Assembly (NCBI RefSeq): GCF_009914755.1
Contig: NC_060931.1
Source: the human T2T-CHM13v2.0 reference genome, Homo sapiens
Length of the DNA stretch: 64,000 bases
Direction: 5' to 3' (one strand)
Positions 55,156 through 64,000 of this stretch are shown here, in pieces. The stretch's first letter is position 1. Each line of letters starts with the position of its first letter. The position numbers and the translations under genes are program-made. Below the pieces are notes generated by a model that was not told where the DNA came from, did no database searches, and worked only from the letters and a program-made list of their open reading frames with translations.

Positions 55156-56353
55156 TAGCCGAAGTACATGCAGATTTGTAGTGATTTAGAGATCTCTTGC
55201 TGTACATACCTGGGAAACTGCACCCAACATCTGCTGGCCATGTATAAGACAAACCATGTGGCTTTCAAGACCCCAAGGCTAGCTGGGCACGGTGGCTCAT
55301 GCCTTTAACCCCAGCACATTGGGAGGCTGAGGCAGGCGGATCCCCTGAGGTGAGGAGTTCACGACCAGCTTGGCCAACATGGGGAAACCCCGTCTCTACA
55401 AAAATTCAAAAATTAGCTAGACATGATGGCAGGGGCCTGTAATCCCAGCTACTCGGGAGGCTGAGGCAGGTGAATTGCTTGAACCCGGGAGGCGGAGGTT
55501 GGAGATCGTGTCACTGCACTCCAGACTGGGTGACAGAGCAAGATTCCATATCAAAAAAAAAAAAAAAAAAAAAAGACCCTAAGGCTCTCAGAGATACCCA
55601 GGAGCTGTCCCTGCCCCCTCTCCTTCTGGGTAATGGCCCCCATGCCACAGCCCTGGGATGGCCTCTAACCTGAGGGCCTTCCTGCCTGCACAAAGCCTCG
55701 CCCAGGTGTGTACTCTGCCACCTTGTGGTGGGACCTTTTTCATCAGCCGCCTGCATAAATGTGGTAAAATGTTAATATTTGGGAGATGTAGATGAGAAGG
55801 GTATTTGGAAATTCTTCATACTATTCTTGAGACTTTCTTTTGAGTCTCAAGTCACTCAAGTAAAAAGTTAAAAAGAAAAAGCTAAAATTACTTATTGGAA
55901 AGGATTTGTTAAACAAAAATTTGGTTGTATTTAAAATGAATAAATTTAGACAAACTTCAGTCTGCACTGGTCGAGGGAGAATAGAAATCGGCTATTTTAG
56001 AATGGAAGAGATGATTTCAGATACAGTAGATAGATTTTTTTTTTTTTTTTTTTGAGACGGAGTCTTGCTCTGTCGCCCAGGCCGGAGTGCAGTGGCGTGA
56101 TCTTGGCTCCACCGCAACCTCCATCTCCCTGGTTCAAGCAATTCCCCTACCTCACCCTCTGGAGTAGCTGGGATTGCAGGCGCACGCCACCATGCCCGGC
56201 TAATTTTTTTGTATTTTTAGTAGAGATGGGGTTTCACTATGTTGGCCAGCCTGGTCTCAAACTCCTGACCTCAGGCAATCCACCCACCTCAGCCTCATGA
56301 CTTCAGGCAATCCGCCTGCCTCAGCCTCCCAAAGTGCTGGGATTACAGCATGA

Positions 56354-56503
<150 letters not shown>

Positions 56504-57039
56504 TAGCTGGGGCTACAGGCATGCGCCACCATGTCCAGCTAATTTTTTTTTTTGTAGTTTTAGTAGAGACAAGGTTTTACCATGTTGACGAGGCTGGTCT
56601 CAAACTCTTGACCTGAGGTGATCCACCCACCTTGGCCTCCCAAAGTGCTGGTATGACAGGTGTGAGCCACCGCACCTGGTCAGTAGCTGTTTATAAAAAG
56701 TGAGATGTTACTATAAATCATTTAATGGCATAAATCTGAAATTAAGACACATTTGTAGAAAATTGTAAATTGCTAAAATTGACTGACATATACAAAACCC
56801 AAATAAACCACTTACACATGTCGCAAAAGTCTTGAAGAGAGTTTGATAAAATTCCTAAAAAACATACAGGCTTGGTATTTCTTTGGGAATACTTTTGAGT
56901 ATGGATTCATTTCATATTTAGTGTATTTAGTGGTTTAAATATTTTTTTGCATTCTTTTTATTTTCTAATTTTATTTTTTGAGTCAGTGGGATCTATGGAA
57001 TGTATGTATTTTTCTTTTAGTATTCAGGATTGCTTTTGA

Positions 57040-60435
<3,396 letters not shown>

Positions 60436-61273
60436 TCTCTGCCTCCCAAGTTCAAGAGATTCTCCTGCCTCAGCCTCTTGAGTAGCTGGGATTACAGGCA
60501 TGTGCCACCACACCTGGCTGATTTTTGTATTTTAGTAGAGATGGGGTTTCACCATATTGGCCAAGCGGGTCTTGAACTCCTGACCTTAGGTGATGCACCT
60601 GCCTCGGCCTCCCAAAGTGTGGTGATTACAGGCGTGAGCCTCTGCATCTGGCCTGTTTCTTCAGAATAGATTTCTAATAATTACATTTTTGGGTAATGGG
60701 TGGGGATTGTAGTAAATTGCACATTGGTTACTGAGACATAGATACACATATTCATTAAGAAAAACTCCAGTCAGTCGTGGTGGTTCACCCCTGTAATCCC
60801 AAGGTTTTGGGAGGCTGAGATGGGCAGATTGCTTGAACCCAGGAGTTTGAGACCAGCCTGTGCAATACAGTGAGACCGCCTTCTCTACCAAAAAATTTAA
60901 AAATTAGCTGGGCGTGTGACACACCTATAGTCCCAGCTTCTCGGGAGGCTGAGGTGGGAGGATCGCTGGAGCCTGGGAGTCCAGGGCTGCATTGAGTTCT
61001 GATTGCATCGCTGCATTCCAGCCTGGGTGACAGAGTGAAACCCTGTCTCAAAAAACAAAACAAAAATCCAAGTCAGGCCTCATGAGATTGAGTCCCTATG
61101 ACATTTCCAAGGTGAGGGCTTTGCTCTGATAATGGGGATCCTTCAGAGAAGGCTTTCTCCCACCTGTGCCCGCGAGGCGGGGGGTGGGGGTGGTCTCAGC
61201 AGTTGATCGGGAGCCCACGGGCAAGCGTGGCCTCTCATATCCTCTCTCCCCACTCTGATGTCTGCCTTCACAG

Positions 61274-61315
61274 ATACCTGCTTTCCCACAACAGCAAGGA
61301 AGAACCATGGCCCAG
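61274..61315 (+). other. KRAB-ZNF-type initiation exon (5' UTR plus ATG GCC CAG, phase-0 donor)
   Basis: Polypyrimidine tract and cacag acceptor; exon ATACCTGCTTTCCCACAACAGCAAGGAAGAACCATGGCCCAG; donor gtgagt; Kozak ACCATGG with ATG at 61307. Resembles the short exon that precedes KRAB-A in ZNF12/RBAK-like genes. Confidence 0.7.
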
Positions 61316-61370
61316 GTGAGTGTGGCATTTCTTTCTACTGCACTTTTTCAGCAGGGATTTCGGATGCTCA

Positions 61371-61742
<372 letters not shown>

Positions 61743-62601
61743 TCACGGCTGTGGGAAGGACAGGGTGGAGAGACTGTAGAGGCTGCTGCAGTTGTGAGAT
61801 GCCTTGTAAATTCTTTTTTGAGACAGAGTCTGGCTCTATCATCTAGGCTGGAGTGCAGTGGCATAATCTCGGCCCACTGCAACCTCTGCCTCCTGGGTTC
61901 AAGCAATTCTCCTGCCTCAGCCTCCTTACAGGCACCTGCTTACAGGCACCTGCTACCACACACAGCTAATTTTTGTATTTTTAGTAAAGATGAGGTTTCA
62001 CCACGTTGGCCAGGCTGGTCTCAAACTCCTGGCTTCAAGTGATCTGCCCACCTCGGCCTCCCAAAGTACTGGGATTACAGGCGTGAGCCACTGTGCCCAG
62101 CCCGATGCCTTGTAAATTTATATCTGACATTCCTGTCACTTAAAAAAGGCAGGCAGATTCCATCTAATATATGACTTGTGTTGTCTGTTTTGGACAACCG
62201 TGTCTAATTCTCGGGGGGAATACAGCTCTTTCAAGATTTAAAGATGTATTTGATCTTTGTATGTAAGATGTGGCAGACCCGTTCCTCAATAACAACCACC
62301 TTGAAAGAAACACAACAGGAAATCTCTTGTGACTTTTCTTCCTCTCTGTATAAACAGCAGATATTATGCCAAAGCAGCCGTCTGTGATTCTGGTTGTTTG
62401 GGGATGCCGAACACTCAGGTCTACAGAGACAGCCTTGTGTGGTGCCAAGTGACCTGGATGTAACACTGCATTATCTAGAGGAACGAATGAATGAACTGCG
62501 TGTTCTTGAAACAGCCTGCCATGTGTACCGCCACACCACCCTGAACGTGCCTGATCTTGTCTGAAATTGCTTGCCATAATGGGTTTTATTTTTTTAATTA
62601 A

Positions 62602-62868
<267 letters not shown>

Positions 62869-63246
62869 TGACATCAGTGTTTTCCATCAGCCTGGAAGCA
62901 TTCTCCTCCTCCTGCTCTGAACCCCGGGTTCTAGGAATGTGTGAGTGTGGAGTGCACTGGTTAGAAGTTCTAATCCTTGAAGTTGGAAGAGCCAGAAATC
63001 CAACTAGAAGTAGGTTAGGATTAAAAAAAAAAAAAGTAATTCTAGAACTTTGGGAAGGTGAGGCAGGAGGATTGCTTGAGGCCAGGAGTTCAAGACCAGC
63101 CTGGGTAATGTGGCAAGAGCCCATCTCTACAAAAAATAGAAAAATTATCCAGGTGTAGTGGCACATGCCTGTACTCCCAGCTGCACGGGAGGCTAAGGTG
63201 GGAGGATCACTTGAGCCTAAGAGGTCCAGGCTGCAATGAGCTGTGA

Positions 63247-63636
<390 letters not shown>

Positions 63637-64000
63637 TAGCCAGGATGGTCTCAATTTCCTGACCTTGTGATCCGCTCACCTCAGCCTCCCAAAGTGCTGG
63701 GATTACAGGCATGAGCCACTGCACCCGGCGCTTCTGTGACTTTCTTCTCATGCTGACTTTGTCAGTGTGCCCAGAAATAGTGTAGCCCCAGCTCCTCTCC
63801 TCACAGCTGCAAGTTCTGCCACGGTGAGGGACTGAATCTCCCTTCAGTGATCCAATTTTGAAAGCTTTTCGGGGAGGATTCCATGGGTCCAGCCTAGCTC
63901 AGGTGTATTAGGCCCTCTGTCCAGGCAGCTGTGCACAGGGGCAGGAAGGGGCTGGTCCCAGAGGAAGATGAGGCCTCGTGAACATTACCACTGTCCACTC

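Noticed and set aside
56264-56330. ~32-bp tandem duplication inside an Alu (also a 14-bp one at ~61926-61953)
   Set aside because: Ordinary slippage inside Alus, with no functional implication.

Overview
Primate, most likely human, genomic DNA that is extremely Alu-dense (roughly half of the window by eye) and has no intact multi-codon CDS. Two CpG-island promoters point away from each other about 42 kb apart. The left one (minus strand, ~8.2-9.3 kb) has a non-coding first exon that I recognise from memory as RNF216, so bases 1-8975 are its intron 1. The right one (plus strand, ~50.8-51.3 kb) has KRAB-ZNF-type promoter motifs and a 42-nt start exon (ACCATGGCCCAG|gtgagt) at 61274-61315, consistent with the neighbouring pseudogene ZNF815P (7p22.1). 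Between them lie nested Alu, L1M, MaLR, MER21, MER39-like, Charlie and Tigger elements and a solo LTR12 (ERV9). Nearly all ORFs in the supplied track are Alu or GC-rich artefacts. I found no new protein-coding system. The most interesting signals are: an LTR12 whose R region has become G/T-rich, has lost its poly(A) signal and has a splice donor at its edge; a ~36-bp L1-type retrocopy of the HERV-W RNA 3' end; gene conversion between head-to-head AluYs; a fold-back Alu palindrome; an Alu-mediated local duplication that exposes an Alu-insertion-mediated deletion; and a well-formed 23-nt microexon upstream of the RNF216 promoter. Gene and repeat names come from recalled consensus sequences, not database searches.
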